Below the pieces are notes generated by a model. That model was not told the DNA's origin. It did no database searches and was given only the letters and a program-made list of their open reading frames with translations. From Eledone cirrhosa (Eukaryota): a stretch of 64,000 nt of DNA. The number at the start of each line of letters is the position of its first letter. Within the stretch, counting starts at the first letter, position 1. The position numbers and the translations under genes were made by a program. Positions 37,139 through 50,779 of this stretch are shown piece by piece. The stretch is from the NCBI GenBank assembly GCA_964016885.1, contig OZ024740.1, positions 313,162,001-313,226,000 on the forward strand, in the 5' to 3' direction.

Positions 37139-38926
37139 TTATGGATAAGCTACATTAAGACAATTAACTCGTTGAATACCAGGCCCAAGTGTTTCTATTT
37201 GCTCAAATGTATTTTTTTCAATGTCATAAGCATAAAGATTAGTGTTTGTGCCACCTACAATATATATTTTACCTCCAAATAGTGTTGCATAGGAGTAAAG
37301 AAGGCCGTATTCCGTTGGTGTGCTAAGAATCTCAGTCCATTGGTTTGTTTCAATATCGTAGCATTCATTTTTAAAGCTCTCTATAAAACCAAGCTCATTA
37401 TCTCGGGTGTTACCACCAAATATAAACAGCTTGTTCTCCACAGCAATAATGCCGTGCCTTTGATGAGGATAAATCATAGAAGCTTTACTTTCCCAGGTTT
37501 TTGTACTGAGACTATAGACATACAAATGTGAAACAGGTACTGCATATTCAGGGTTATCTGTAATGCCACCACTACAGTACAAACAGCCATTGGCAAAGGC
37601 ACTTGCATGATCGAATATTCCAACAGGTAAGTCAGAAATATTTAACCAAACATTTTCTTCAGGAAAATACATCTCGCAGCTTTGAAGAATACATTCCTCC
37701 TCACTGTTGTCTACAAACATATGATTAATGCCACCCAAAACAAACAGATTGCTGTCAGAGCTGCACATTGCGAAAGAAACTCGAGGGGTTTGCATTGAAG
37801 CGATCTCAATCCAAGATCTGAAGCGAGGGTCGAAAATAAATACACGGTTAGAACTACAATAATTACTTGTATAACCTCCTGCAATAAACAGGAAGTTTCC
37901 AAGTACAGTTTCTCTTGTATGCTCATAGCGAATGTCTACAGAGGAATGTAATTCTTCAACACAAAGTCCAGGGTTGTCCAGTTCCCTGTATGCAATACTT
38001 GTATACATTTCATCAGGAAAGAAAATCATGGTCAAGACTTCATGTGCTCCTCGTGGGAGAAGCTTTTCTCCATTCTGCAGACATTGCGCTTGAATGCATA
38101 AGACATAATTTTTTGCATATTCTATCTCTTTGTGGATTTCTTTAAACTCATGCACAAATTTGGGAATCAGTTCTAGTTCTTCAAGTTCCATGAGCGAAAA
38201 TCGTATTTCTTGAAGAAGTGGCATCATAGAAGGTTTGCGAGTGCATGGATCTTCATCAACCCAATCGATGATGAGTTTAAAAAGGAAATATTCATGAGCT
38301 TCCACATATATATCACATTGAAGGAATGCTAGGAGAAGGTTTTCCGGAAGATTCTGTAAAAACTTGGGCTGCTCTACTAGTGGAATAATATTTATTGCAA
38401 GTAATTGAAGAATATCAGGCTCTAAATCTCCAAGAGCAAATTTATCTGCTAAGTTCTGTACATAGGTATAATTCTCTAAACTCATATATTCTACCAGAAA
38501 GTTGCAGCACACATCAACGATCCAGTCAGCTTGGAAGAATCGAGCTACTTCTAAAACATCTTCAATGTTTTCTGGGCTAATGGTAATATTTCCATGGTAG
38601 AAATAGTCCAAAATAGCAGAAAATCCCTTTGGACTGATGTCTTTAATTTCAACAGCATCTTGCTCTTTTTCCTTCATATCATGGTGGAACATGGCTGAAA
38701 AGTAATCACTGGCTTCGGAGAGAACCTGTTTGTGTACCCGGAAGCTTGTCCCACCAACTGACAATTTGATGTCACATTTTGAATCATAAATCTTGTGCGG
38801 AAACTTCTGGTATTTTGTATTAATATATTTGATTTTGTTTTCAGAAATCTTCATACAATCCATTGCTGGTATATTCCCTATGTTTAAATTGGTATCAGAA
38901 TTTTTAGAATCTTCCGGAGAAGCTGA
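37139..38926 (-). CDS. Kelch-like protein (BTB-BACK-Kelch, probable CUL3 adaptor); one large coding exon
   Basis: 574-aa ORF with BTB (CDIKLSVGGTSFRVHKQVLSEASDYFSAMF), BACK and Kelch repeats (GG..., W....M). The frame stays open 21 codons upstream of the ATG to the acceptor ttttatctttccAG at 38927. Confidence 0.95.
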   Translation of the reverse strand, partial: SASPEDSKNSDTNLNIGNIPAMDCMKISENKIKYINTKYQKFPHKIYDSKCDIKLSVGGTSFRVHKQVLSEASDYFSAMFHHDMKEKEQDAVEIKDISPKGFSAILDYFYHGNITISPENIEDVLEVARFFQADWIVDVCCNFLVEYMSLENYTYVQNLADKFALGDLEPDILQLLAINIIPLVEQPKFLQNLPENLLLAFLQCDIYVEAHEYFLFKLIIDWVDEDPCTRKPSMMPLLQEIRFSLMELEELELIPKFVHEFKEIHKEIEYAKNYVLCIQAQCLQNGEKLLPRGAHEVLTMIFFPDEMYTSIAYRELDNPGLCVEELHSSVDIRYEHTRETVLGNFLFIAGGYTSNYCSSNRVFIFDPRFRSWIEIASMQTPRVSFAMCSSDSNLFVLGGINHMFVDNSEEECILQSCEMYFPEENVWLNISDLPVGIFDHASAFANGCLYCSGGITDNPEYAVPVSHLYVYSLSTKTWESKASMIYPHQRHGIIAVENKLFIFGGNTRDNELGFIESFKNECYDIETNQWTEILSTPTEYGLLYSYATLFGGKIYIVGGTNTNLYAYDIEKNTFEQIETLGPGIQRVNCLNVAYP

Positions 38927-39889
38927 CTGGAAAGATAAAAGTGAAAAAAAAAACCAATAGAAATTAGTAAATTAATAAAAATTAATTAAATATATATTTT
39001 GAAATACAGCCATGTGTGAATGTTTTAAAACTGGTGGAAGAAATTCTATTTTTATTAGTTAAAGTAGAAGAGGCAGTGAGTTGGCTAAGTGGTTGAGCAT
39101 TGGAGAAAAATGTTTTACCTTTCATCCTTCAGGGATTGATAAAATAATGTATCAGTTAAGTACTGGGGTTGATATAATCCACTTTCCCCTTCTCCGAAAT
39201 TTGCTGGCCTTGTACCAATGTTAAAAAGAAATATTTAGAAGAAGAAGCATCAGTGCCCATGATCTTTGAAGGCAACCCCAAACTGGTGAAATGGAAGCAT
39301 ATGGCCTAGTAGTAAGGGTGTTGGGCTAACGATCATAATGTTGTGGTTTCATTCTTGGACTGGGTTGTGTGTTGTGTTCTTGAGCAAAACATTTCATTTC
39401 ATATTGCTTCAGTATACTCAGCTGAAAATGAGTATCAGCGATAAGAGAGGGGTTTAACCAGCGATGGACTGGCATCTTGTCCAATGGGGGAGTTTTGTAC
39501 TCTCAGTCGGTTCATGCCACAGAAACTGGGTGATGTAAAGTTTTACCATTAACACTGGTAGGAAAAATATGTGAGAAGTGAAATATAAATTGAAGATCTG
39601 GAGAAAAATGTTAGGGCAAAGTATTTTGTATGAAAACAGTAGGGTTATAAGAGGAAGAGAGGCAAGTATAACAAATAGGCCAGGTCAGAACACAAAATGT
39701 CAGAACAAATTCCACAAGACATTTCATTTGATATTTGAAATATAGCACTGTTAGTATTTATAAAACAGCATTGATTAGTCACTGCCAACACACATAATTC
39801 TTAATAGCCTAGTCTGCCTAGTAGTATATGTGTTCCACAGTAAAGTGAAATTTTACCTTACTGTAATGAAGAAGTCTGATTCAATCCAG

Positions 39890-40148
39890 GAGGCTTGTCA
39901 GGCTGGTGCTTATCCTGGTTTCATGGCATGAAGTGACAGAGCACAAGACTCTACCCTGGACAGGACGGCAGTCCATCACCGGGTTAAACTCCCAGCTGTT
40001 ACTGGTACTCATTTTCAGCTGAGTATACTGGAGCAATATGAAAAGAAATGTTTTGCTCAAGAACACAACACACAACCTCGCCCAGGAATCAAACCCATGA
40101 CATTATGATTGTAAGTCCAACACCCTTACCACTAGGCCACATACCTCC
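39890..40148 (-). mobile_element. tRNA-derived SINE, family B (also 20180, 22040, 24440, 39295, 42935, 49930)
   Basis: tggcctagtggtaagggtg...gggtttgattcctgg head followed by gttgtgttcttgagcaaaac core. Confidence 0.8.
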
Positions 40149-41656
40149 TTACTGTAATAAGCGATGTCAAATTAAAAAGCTCTATTAGCTCACAAAACTC
40201 AGTTCAACTGCTTCTATAGAATCACTCAATTGTATTACAACCATATTAGAGTAGAATTGAAAAATGCAAAAGGAATAAAATATCAAAACAATAATTATTC
40301 CAGTTCCAGATACATTGGGTGTGAATCTTTACAGGAAATTGTTTTCAGTTTGCTTGAGTTTCTTATGCTTCATCAGCCTTAGAATCAGTAAAAAAAATTA
40401 AAAATCTAAAAATATATTCACTGATTTATAATAACACACGATACAAATAAATTTATTGAAAATGTCCAGTGACTGTTGTATCAATAAAAACTAGAATGAT
40501 TCATTGAGGAAAACAGAAGGAATTGATGAAGACTGATCTAAAGAGGCTGAACCTCATGAAAGGGCCATGAGAAGTGGGGAAGCACTATACTGGAGAAGAC
40601 CTGTCCAACCCATGCAAGTATAGAAAAACAGTTGTAAAAATGATGGTGATGGAGACTAGGATGTTTGGATTTCCTTCATCCATTAACTCATAGTACTCTA
40701 TCTCTCTTCCATCCCTGCCAACTGGGAAATAACAGAAACAGATGACAACACACTGGATCTGTCCTTATTCAATTACTCCTTCCCACCACCCATCTTTGCT
40801 GCCAATCATCAATCTTATGCTAGAGTCACTCTCTCTCCTTCCCTCCCCTTTATAATTGACACTCAACTCTTGTGTTCTCACCTATCAATTTCTCTCACTT
40901 TTCTACCTGCCAGCAATCATATAGCTTACTACACCATCTTCTATCTCTCTCTTTCATCACACCTCCTATCTCCAAAGCCCTTTCCTCCTTGATTCCTTGC
41001 TCTTCCTCCCATTCAGTTGTTTAGAATAGAAAGGAACAAAAGAATGGACACAACAGAGAGGGGAAGGGACTCTTTAGTTTTGCTGGAAATGAGACACTCA
41101 CTTTCAGGCCAACAAACAAAAGAACAAATGCAGATAACACAGGGTAGAAATTATTATTTTGTCTTATTGAGAACAAGGCAACCTCTCTAGTGTTAGTGGT
41201 ATGATAAACTGTACCAGGGAGACTAAAGTAGTTGTTGATAGGAAGGGTATCCAACCATAGAAACTATGTCAAAATTGGAGTGTTCTAGCAAGACATGATC
41301 CCGACATGTCTAAAAGAGCAATAATTCTGAATAAGAACTTAGAACCGCGATGACCTTTCTAACTTATGACAACATGGAAATATGGATATAAAATGATGAT
41401 GATTGCTTTCCCTGTTAGTAAGGTCTACATAGACCAAGCCAGTACTGAAGCAGTGGCTACTGATCTCACAGACAAATCAGGGATCTGTCGTCTCGTTTAT
41501 GTATAGTCTCACATTATACTGAGTGCACAGGAAAGGTTGTCATGCCCTTCACATGACTGGAGGGTCCTCCTGACCCTTTGTCTGGCAAGCTTTCTGCAGC
41601 TGGATGTCCTTCTTATTACCAACCACTTTATATATATATATGATGATGATGATATA

Positions 41657-41824
41657 CCGTATTTACTGGCGTTGAAAACGATACTTTTTTCCTAAAATAA
41701 GTCTAAAAAATCTACCATGCGTCCTGGAGGCTGAAGGTTGTTCATTATTTTTTTTCAAATTTTTGGTTGTCAAAACTAGGGTGCGTCCTCGAGGACAAAG
41801 CATCTTCGGTGCCAGGAAATACGG
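41657..41824. mobile_element. pogo/Tc-type MITE
   Basis: TA-CCGTATTTACTGGC ... GCCAGGAAATACGG-TA. Similar decayed MITEs lie at 22785-22980 and 23288-23412. Confidence 0.75.
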
Positions 41825-43499
41825 TATATATATATATATATATATATTTATACATGGGTTGTATGTAATGTGTATGCCTGTAAATTTCTACAAGTTGGCT
41901 TCTACTCAATTGCAAGTTTCAAAAGAACTCACAAATGAGTAAGTAAATGCTAACATCGTAAACAAATGTTGACCTTCCGTCATTAATTACAAATCCAGAC
42001 AGAAAGTGTCAACTAATATAAATTATAAACCAGCTCTGGTTTTATGAAATAAAGTCACCCATTTTAAAGGTTTCCAATTTAAATTAAAATCTTCCAACAT
42101 AATTTTATATAAGAGCTTTACATTAAGTTACTATCTTCGTAATGAAATCATAATTTTAGTAAATCCTCAAAATCTTCATTAATTAATTGAAATAGAGTGT
42201 ATTTCATAAGAAATGTGGTCATGAAAGGGTTAAGGGAATATTTTACTATAGGCAACAGGTGATTTCTTGCTTGTTTTACATCCATTTTCCATGTTGGCAT
42301 GGGTTAGATGAGTTATCCTGTTGTGAGACAAACCAGATCATGCTCATACAGAACTGTTTCTGACTTGATTTCTATGGCTGGATGCCCTTACTAACACCGA
42401 CCAAACTTACAGTGTGGAGTGGGTGCTTTTTATCATGACACTAAAACCACCAACTGACAGGTTGGACTGATGTACAATCACACAATTTTGTTGAAGTAAT
42501 TTGTCACATCTAGGTAGATAGATAAGTAGAAAAATGAAATTACTTTAATCGATTTCAACACCTACTAATTAATAACATTACAATTATTACAGTTATATCA
42601 TTATCATTATTACATCATTGTGTCATTAGAATCATTACACCATTAATTAGTATTATCATAAATTTATATCATTTATTTAATACTTCCTGATATACAGTCT
42701 TAGCAATTGTTTATTCTTGCCTATTGGTATTAACTACTCTATCAACAAACATCAATCAATTTTCAAAGCCCTAGAGAGTGTAACACGACTTGATTCTGGT
42801 TGTTATAAGTAGATCCCTATCTTATTAAATGTTTGGCCCTGTGTTTTATTGTTTATTTGTTGATAATAATGAAAATTATTGTGTACAGTGTTCAGGTGCA
42901 CTACAACTCTAAAGCTGAAAGTCTGTCTTGAGCCTGGAAGCTCATCAGGCTGGTGCTTAGCTGGTTTTCATTACATAAAGCAATTGAATGTCCAAGACTG
43001 TACAGGACGCCTGTCCTTCACAGGTTTAAACCCCAAACAATTGCTGGTACTCATTTTCTGCTGAGTGTACTGGGGCAACATGAAATGAAGTGTTTTGCTC
43101 ATGAACACAACACACAGTCCAGGAATCGAACCCACGACATTATGATCATAACTCCAACACTAATAACTCCACTAAGCCACATGCCTCACTTATTCACTGT
43201 TGTGCAATAAACTTAATGAGTTTAATATACAAGACAGGTCTACTTGAAAGATTATGACAATATGGCAGCTTTCACTCAATCTATAGTCTTACATATTTAT
43301 ATAGCTAGAAAATCCAAATTATAAATAGAATAATTTGTGGTGATACATCCGATTTATTGGCCAAGAGAAATGAAAAGTTATGGTAATCTTGTCTTTCCAA
43401 AGATATTCTGCTGACCTCATCCAACACACTTACCACTAAGCCATGTGACTAGTGTCATAGTGGTGTTTTATATATTTCAACAATGTCTGCCTATTGCTG

Positions 43500-45400
43500 T
43501 TTCATGAAGTATGAGATATTAAGAGGTAATATAAATGGTTACTCAAAACACCAAAGCTAAAATACTGGAATTAAGTACAAATTGGGTGACATTTTGTTGA
43601 CAATATAGTATCATGTAATACTTTACTGTTGAAGAAATGTGCATATAAATTTGTAAATATGTTCACCTGTAAAAAATATATGTAAAATATATTGTTTTAA
43701 AATAAGTCTGTAGCAGTCATAATTATGCTTCCATTAAAATATTGCAACTAACCAACAGCAGAATCAGCTAACTGAGCATGATGAGATTAAGTCCTACATG
43801 TCTTGCAGATAAGCCATATGGAAGTTATCTAAGGTTAAGATGCATATGTCTCACACAGTTTATAGATTTACCATTTGTTTTCTAGAACAACAAAGAATGT
43901 ATTTTCAAAGAGAAACTCATGAAACATCAAAAGCTCAATGTAACCATGACACATACCTCATTGCATAGTTCAAACTCATGGATAAAAATGAAACTTCACA
44001 TCAGTACCTCCATACTCAAATTCCTTTACATTATGTGTTCAATGAACATGATAAAAAAATGGGCATATTAGAATTGCCCATAAAAAAAAATGGGAAATTC
44101 TAACATTATTACCACATTTATTCAATGAATCCATGTTTCATGAGAAAGAAAATATAAAGACTTCAAGGAGAAATTATGCCAACTTTAAAAGATGCTTGCA
44201 TACGACTGAGCTGATTGGAAAACAGCAACGAATTAGAAGACACTTTAGAAGAAGCTTCAGTTTTTAGAATACTATCACAATTTGGAGTAAAGTTAGCTGG
44301 GGATGGGGGGGGGGGGGGGGATTCGGGGATTCTGCTTTTTACAATCCTCAAAATGATTGAGCTCCGGAACTCTTTTACAGAATAAATGAGTTAAGATTTT
44401 ATACATAGAAGACAGGAAAGAGAAAATACAGGAGATTCTCTTCCCCCCCATACAATCAATCAAATTTTAATCGAAAATGGAACAAATTGTCAGAGAATAG
44501 GACTACCAGAACATCCAAGAGAATTTAGGGTTTAAAGAATTTCAAAATTATACACTTAGTTTAAATAAACTGAATAATGAACAAAGAATAATAGCCAACA
44601 CAGTGGTAGATGCATTTGAGAAATTGATAGACAAAAAAAGAGGAATTTGTCAACACTACATCTGGTATTACCCCTCCACACACATGTATATGCATGTGTG
44701 TGTGTATCATGACTGATACACTGTTCACTTTCCTGTCATTTGTACGTTATTCTATGTACTATACATGCACCTTTGATGAGTTATAGTGCACCTGAGCACT
44801 GTACACAATTTTCATATTGGCAGTATCGGTAGAGGGTCGGACACCATGCTTTACAGCAAAGAGTTACGGCTCTTTATGGTCTCAGTTCAAATCCCGCCTA
44901 GGTTAACTTTGCCTTTCATAATTTCGGGAAGGTTGGAAATTTTGAAGGATGCAGTGTCCTGACATCTAACAACTGAAGCACTGATGCATTAAAATTGTAG
45001 ATAAATTATAATATTTATTAAATATGTTTTACCACATCCTCTACAAACATTGATATAAAAGTAACTACATTCCATAGGTTCTAATTTCTTGTCTGTCATT
45101 TTCTCAAATGCATCTACCACTGTGTTGGCTATTATTCTTTATTCATTATTCAGTTCATTTAAACTAACTGAATGAGTCTGAAGTTCTTTAAACCCTAAAT
45201 TACTCTGAACAATCCTGTTTCTTAAGAAACCAAGATTTAAATGTCATTGATGAAGCTCCCATAATATCTAACATTGTCATTCATGCTATTGATAAATTGA
45301 CATCAAGATATTAACTGGTATCAATAGCATTTTTATAGAAAAGATTGTTATTGAGAGACAATTATAGATAAATGTTATTTAATCTTTCACAAACATCACA
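43500..45400 (+). pseudogene. Fossil Helitron Rep-Helicase
   Basis: Motifs in the expected order across frameshifts and stops: HDEIKSY, SHTVYR, YLHTQIPLHYVFN, TLKDAC..L..LE....EDTLEEA, GLP, LNNEQ, VIDEAP (PIF1 Walker B). Interrupted by SINE/LINE pieces. Confidence 0.8.
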
Positions 45401-47061
45401 AATTGTTATTATTGATATATTCCTCAGTAGATTGGCAGAGTGTCGGACAGCATGCTTTGCAACAGTTATATTCTTTTACTGTCTGAGTTCAAATCCCTTC
45501 TGAATTACATGGGGCTGACATGGACGTGTAGGCACCATGGAAAAAAAAAAAAAAAGTACCCAGCACTCACTGTAAATGAGGTTGGTATTAGGAAGGGCAT
45601 CCAGCTGTAGAAATCAAGCCAGAATCAGTTCCTGTCCCACCCTTGCAAGCAGGGAAAAGCGGACGTAAAATGATAATGATGATGACTAGCTACAGTAACC
45701 AGTCTTTACATATCACTTTCCCACTTTAATTTGGAAAAATACAATTGCTAAGTTTATTACTGTTTCAAGACTTACAAACTTTCCCACCTGAATGAAATGA
45801 TTGCTGTTTACATACTTTTCAGTAGGTCACAAAAGATATTTTATAAAATGATGAATTCATCAATGCTAGACTTAAGATTATTCAATATTTAACTCCTGGT
45901 AGATTTCATTGTTTATTTCTCGTGTTTTATCTTTTAGCTGATTTTTGGTTTGTATTTTGTAATCAATAAAGTCTCCATAGTTAATCTTCTCATGTGGAAT
46001 TAATAATAATAATAATCTTTTTATGTGGAATTCTATATAAGATGGGAGTGTTGTCAATAGTATTTTTCTTATCAAATGTATTGCAATGACTCCTAGTAAA
46101 TACATGATCAACTAATATCAAACTATTCTACTTGTGTGTTCAATGCAAGAGTTTGAATAATAAACTTTACAGTATTCGATTTTCCATTGCAATTTCTGTT
46201 ATATTGGTTACCTGAAGTACTGAAGTGTTGTCGGAATTTCAAAACCAGATTGCCAATTTTATAATAATAACATTATTCCTATAGTCCTTTTTAAAGCAAT
46301 GACACTCCAATATCATTATAATTTTATACAGACGATAAAACTGAGAGGTTTTTGAAACATGAATAGATTTTGGAATTTCATTGTTCCAAACTATATATAG
46401 AGGATTAATAAGAAAATATTAAAAATTCTTAATAAAAGTGCTGAGGGAGTCATAGGGGTGTTGTATTGACATATGGAATTTCTAGAGCATTTTAAAACTT
46501 GCCAAAACCCATCTCCTCTCCAGGTCTGAAAACAGCAGATTTCTTCCAGAGAAGGATAAAGAGTAAGAGAATGGAAGTGAGAAAGAGATATAGAGTTATC
46601 TCGTCTGTGGCACAGGAATGCATACATATTAAGACAAGTTATCTCGTCTACAGCAATGAAGAGGTTAAACTCTCAGAAGACATATTCAGCCTTAATGACA
46701 CTCTGAAATTCCAACACAAACGTCAGCTGATTTCCTCCGTAAAGTCGGAAAGATGGCTGCCAGTGGGAGCCCTGTGATGTGGGTGTCTCTGGCCATTCTT
46801 TGTGATTACCCCTTTGTCATTTTGTCTGCAGGACATGGCAGACTGAGGCACCACTCAGAATGGAATGTAGTGTTACTCACTATCCCTCTTGCTTTCTTTC
46901 ATTGCTTGACCCTTTTTTTTCTTTTTATTTCCTTCTTTTTTCATTCTTTTTTTGTTCCCTTTACTAATATGCTTTATTTTTATTAGATACTGCTCAATAA
47001 TTTATATAATGTAAATGGTTTTTCATGACATTGTGATATAAAATATTATTTGTTATATAAT

Positions 47062-47248
47062 TGTTTCTACTTTAGGCACAAGGCCAGCAATTACCCAGTG
47101 CATTACTGGTACTTTATTTTATCGACCCCGTAAGGATGAAAAGCAAAGTCAACCTCGGCGGGATTTGAACTCAGATCGTAAAGGGACGTAACTATGCTGG
47201 AAAGCATGGCGTCTGACCCTCTACCGATACCGTCAATCCACCGCCTTT
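47062..47248 (-). mobile_element. Full-length young SINE-A
   Basis: 18-bp TSD tattatttgttatataat at 47044 and 47249. Confidence 0.92.
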
Positions 47249-47529
47249 TATTATTTGTTATATAATAACAACTAATGTTATATATATATAACTTATGAGA
47301 TCTTTGCTATATGTATAACTTATAACATAAATGTATTCGTGAGTGAATAATAATAATAATATTATAATAACATTATTAATATTCGGTTTGTTTGGAAGCA
47401 AACAGCCTCATTAACACCGTGTGTGTTTTCTAGATGACCACATCATCCTTTTGTTCCAGCATATTCACTCACAAATATGTTTAAGGTATCCACCATGTTA
47501 GAATGAAAACAAATTTTGTTTTTAATCTA

Positions 47530-47627
47530 TAAGGTCTTTACTATATATATATAACTTACAAGGTCTTTGCTATATATATATAACTTATAACATCTTTGCT
47601 ATATATATATAACTTATAACATCTTTG

Positions 47628-47663
<36 letters not shown>

Positions 47664-47759
47664 CTTATAACGTCTTTGCTATATATATAACTTATAACGT
47701 CTTTGCTATATATATAACTTATAACGTCTTTGCTATATATATAACTTATAACGTCTTTG

Positions 47760-47793
<34 letters not shown>

Positions 47794-47805
47794 CAAACTT
47801 ATAAC
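47530..47805 (+). repeat. Minisatellite ACTTATAACGTCTTTGC plus a variable (TA)n spacer
   Basis: About 8 tandem units; two more near 47280-47325. Confidence 0.85.
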
Positions 47806-48394
47806 ATCAGTTTTAAAGGAAAATACAGTCAAAACATAAAAAAAAATCAAACTCAAATTACTTTATCAACCTTTGGAGAATCTTAGTGATAAATGTATCA
47901 TAAAAATTGATGACAAGCTGCGAGACTTATCCATGCATGAGAGCAGCAAATAAAGATATAAACACAGCCCAAAATCTTCAATTAGCTCAGCAGGGCTTCA
48001 ACAATAATGAGAAAACTAATTTGTAAAAGCAATAAGAGAGGCCATAAAAAAGTGAAAGCATTACAAACATTAATGACATGTTACAAATTCATCAAAATTA
48101 TGAAAGACTTCTTCTTTGCCTATTTATTCCCAGCCCACTTATTCATGGGATTGTTGTGGGGGTAGAGTCCTCAAACACAGCTTCCAGTGGGTCCTGTCAA
48201 GAGAAACTGTCTCCAATTGATCCATCTGGATCCCCAGCAAAACCAGCCAAGCTCATGGTAGGATTTGAACTCAGAGAGCTGGAATGAATACCACAAAGCA
48301 TTCTATCTGACAATCTAACAACTCTGCCAATTCACCACTCATAGACAGGTGTATACACAACCTTTAATAAAACCATCTAATATGCCAAGAAACA

Positions 48395-49400
48395 ACTTTA
48401 ATAAGTTTCTGTTGGCTTCTACAGCTGAGGGTTCCTTCCCACAGTCCACTGAACCACCTATATACTTAAAACAACAACTGATCTTAAACTCCTTTGCTAT
48501 GGCCTCAATAACTATAATAAACATGATGGGGCTGAGGAGAAAGCCTTGATGAACACTTTCCAGCACACTTAAGTGTTTCACTAAACTCATTACCTACTCT
48601 CACTTTACTCACAGCACCTCTGCATATGGCTTGTACTGCTCTTAAAAGATGCTCATCTACACATAGCTTCCTTAAGGACCATCAGACAACAGATTATGGT
48701 ACTCAAACAAAAGCTTTTTCCAGAAGTACAAAAGTATAATGACTTACACTTAGTAGTGAAACAACTTCAACAGAAGTTCATATCTAAGAAAAGAGCATCT
48801 GTAGTGCTCCTTCCTGGCATAAAACCAAACTGTATTTTTATCCAATTTGATTCTTTCCCTAATTAATTGTTCTAACACACTGTTACTTTTATAACTTGAT
48901 CCATCAGTTTTATATCTCTGTAGTTGCTCCTGTCTAGAGCATCAACTTTTTCTTTGTAACAATTAATGATTATACTGATAAGCCAGTCATTGGGTATGAT
49001 CCTATCATGTATTACCTGATTAAGTCAGTGACTAGTTAGACTCCTACTTCAGATGACTTCAGCATCTCAGTGATTATCCCTGACAGTCCAACAGCTTTTC
49101 TATTATTCATCTGCCTGATTGCTTCTTTGATTTTATAACTCTCAACTTTGATAGCCAGTCCCTCTGTTGAAAGTATATTGGGAGTAGTCCCTCTTCCTTC
49201 CACTCATTCTCCACACCCATCAATCTCTCATAACTTTCCAAGCCTCTTTCTTCTAAGCATTAATGAGGCTAAGTACACAAGTGTCATCCTACCCCCTCCC
49301 CCCTGACATTCTGATTAACATCCTATTGTTTAGCTTCTCTTTTAGCTATTTGGTATTGTTCTTTGCTGCTCCCATTTTTCTGGTTATATGCCTGTCTTTT
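48395..49400 (-). mobile_element. Decayed RTE LINE fragment
   Basis: HQGFLLSPIMFIIVIEAIAKEFK and other RT-region homology to the 9770 element. It ends at a Helitron-like terminus (CTAG plus hairpin, 49409-49436). Confidence 0.7.
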
Positions 49401-50779
49401 AGCTTTAACTAGCAGAATGGCCCGGTGTTGCTCGGGATTCTAAACATAGATTGGCATGTTTATCCCTCCTTTCTGAAACAGTACAGAGAAGTACGGAATA
49501 CCTCGGCCTGGGGATGGTGTCTATATTTTGTGCTTATAAAAAAAATTTGTCGTAGATTACCAGAGATTTAACTTAATTGGGTGCCTGAGAGTAAAATGTT
49601 CAACCTACCAAAGCCAAGAGGATAGGGTTAAGTAAAACGGCATTCGACAAACCGAACATGCATTTGTTGACTGCCCTCTTTCACTACAACTTACATAGTC
49701 CACATCTACTCCATGGAGTCATATTTAAATGAAGTAACTGTCCTCCTAGATAGGCTGCCTCCACCTTGGTTTATAGAGCCTACCTCAAATCCTTACAGTC
49801 TAATTTATTCAGAGTTACTGTTCTAAACTGGCTGCTGGAACTCATGTCTGCCACAACGATACACACAGCTGAGGGATATACACATATCTATGGAGAGGAA
49901 TACTAAATATCTAAAGTCTGTCATGAGACTGAAGGCTCATCAGGTCGGTGCTTATCCAGGTTTCCATGGCATGAAGTGACTGAAAGTACAAGACTCCTCC
50001 CTGGACAGGATGCCAGTCCTTCGTAGAGTTAAACCCCCAGCTATTGCTGGTATTCCTTTTCAGCTGAGTATACTGGAGCAATGTGAAATGAAGTGTTTTG
50101 CTCAAGAACACAACACATAACCCAGTCAAGGAATCAAACACACCACATTATGATTGTAAATCCAACACCCTTACCACAAGGCCATGTGCCTCCACATACT
50201 AATTATACATTGTATAATTAATTTCATGAAGATAACTAATTAAATAAGCAGATATTGGTGGAGCATAATATATGGGTAGGAAATAGATGACATTACAGGA
50301 AGGAAGCAGTGAGGAACAGGTAGGTGTGCATGGCAGTGAATTAAATGACTGCATACTTCATTGTGTGAATTTCAGGTGTGGCACCTCGTTATATTTTCTT
50401 GTATATTTTCACCTGTTCAGGAGTTATATGACAGTAAACTATTTCTTTAGACATCTTTAACTACATTATGTTTTCACTAATGGCATGTAACAGAGAAACA
50501 TACTTCAAATATAGAATTTCTTTCACTATAACATATAACTGCAGGAAAACAAGAACAAAAGAAAACAAAATGTAAGCTATTTCTTTTCAGACAAAAACAC
50601 AGCAAGAAATTTTTTAAGTTTTAACACATATAAAATGAACTCTGAAATTTATGACTAGCTAATGGTTGAATAATTCTAATTCTAGCAGTGAGTCCTAACA
50701 CCCTACCATTCACCAGCTAAGTGCCCCACTCTGCACCAACTTCTGCAATCCCCACCCTATGTACACGTACCTTATCCAC

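Noticed and set aside
40333-40380. Minus-strand CTGATGA...GAAA hammerhead-like spacing
   Set aside because: Stems I and II are only 2-3 bp and there is no repeat context; compatible with chance.
45700-46330. Possible decayed coding sequence on the minus strand
   Set aside because: No motif could be recognised with confidence; needs a translated search.
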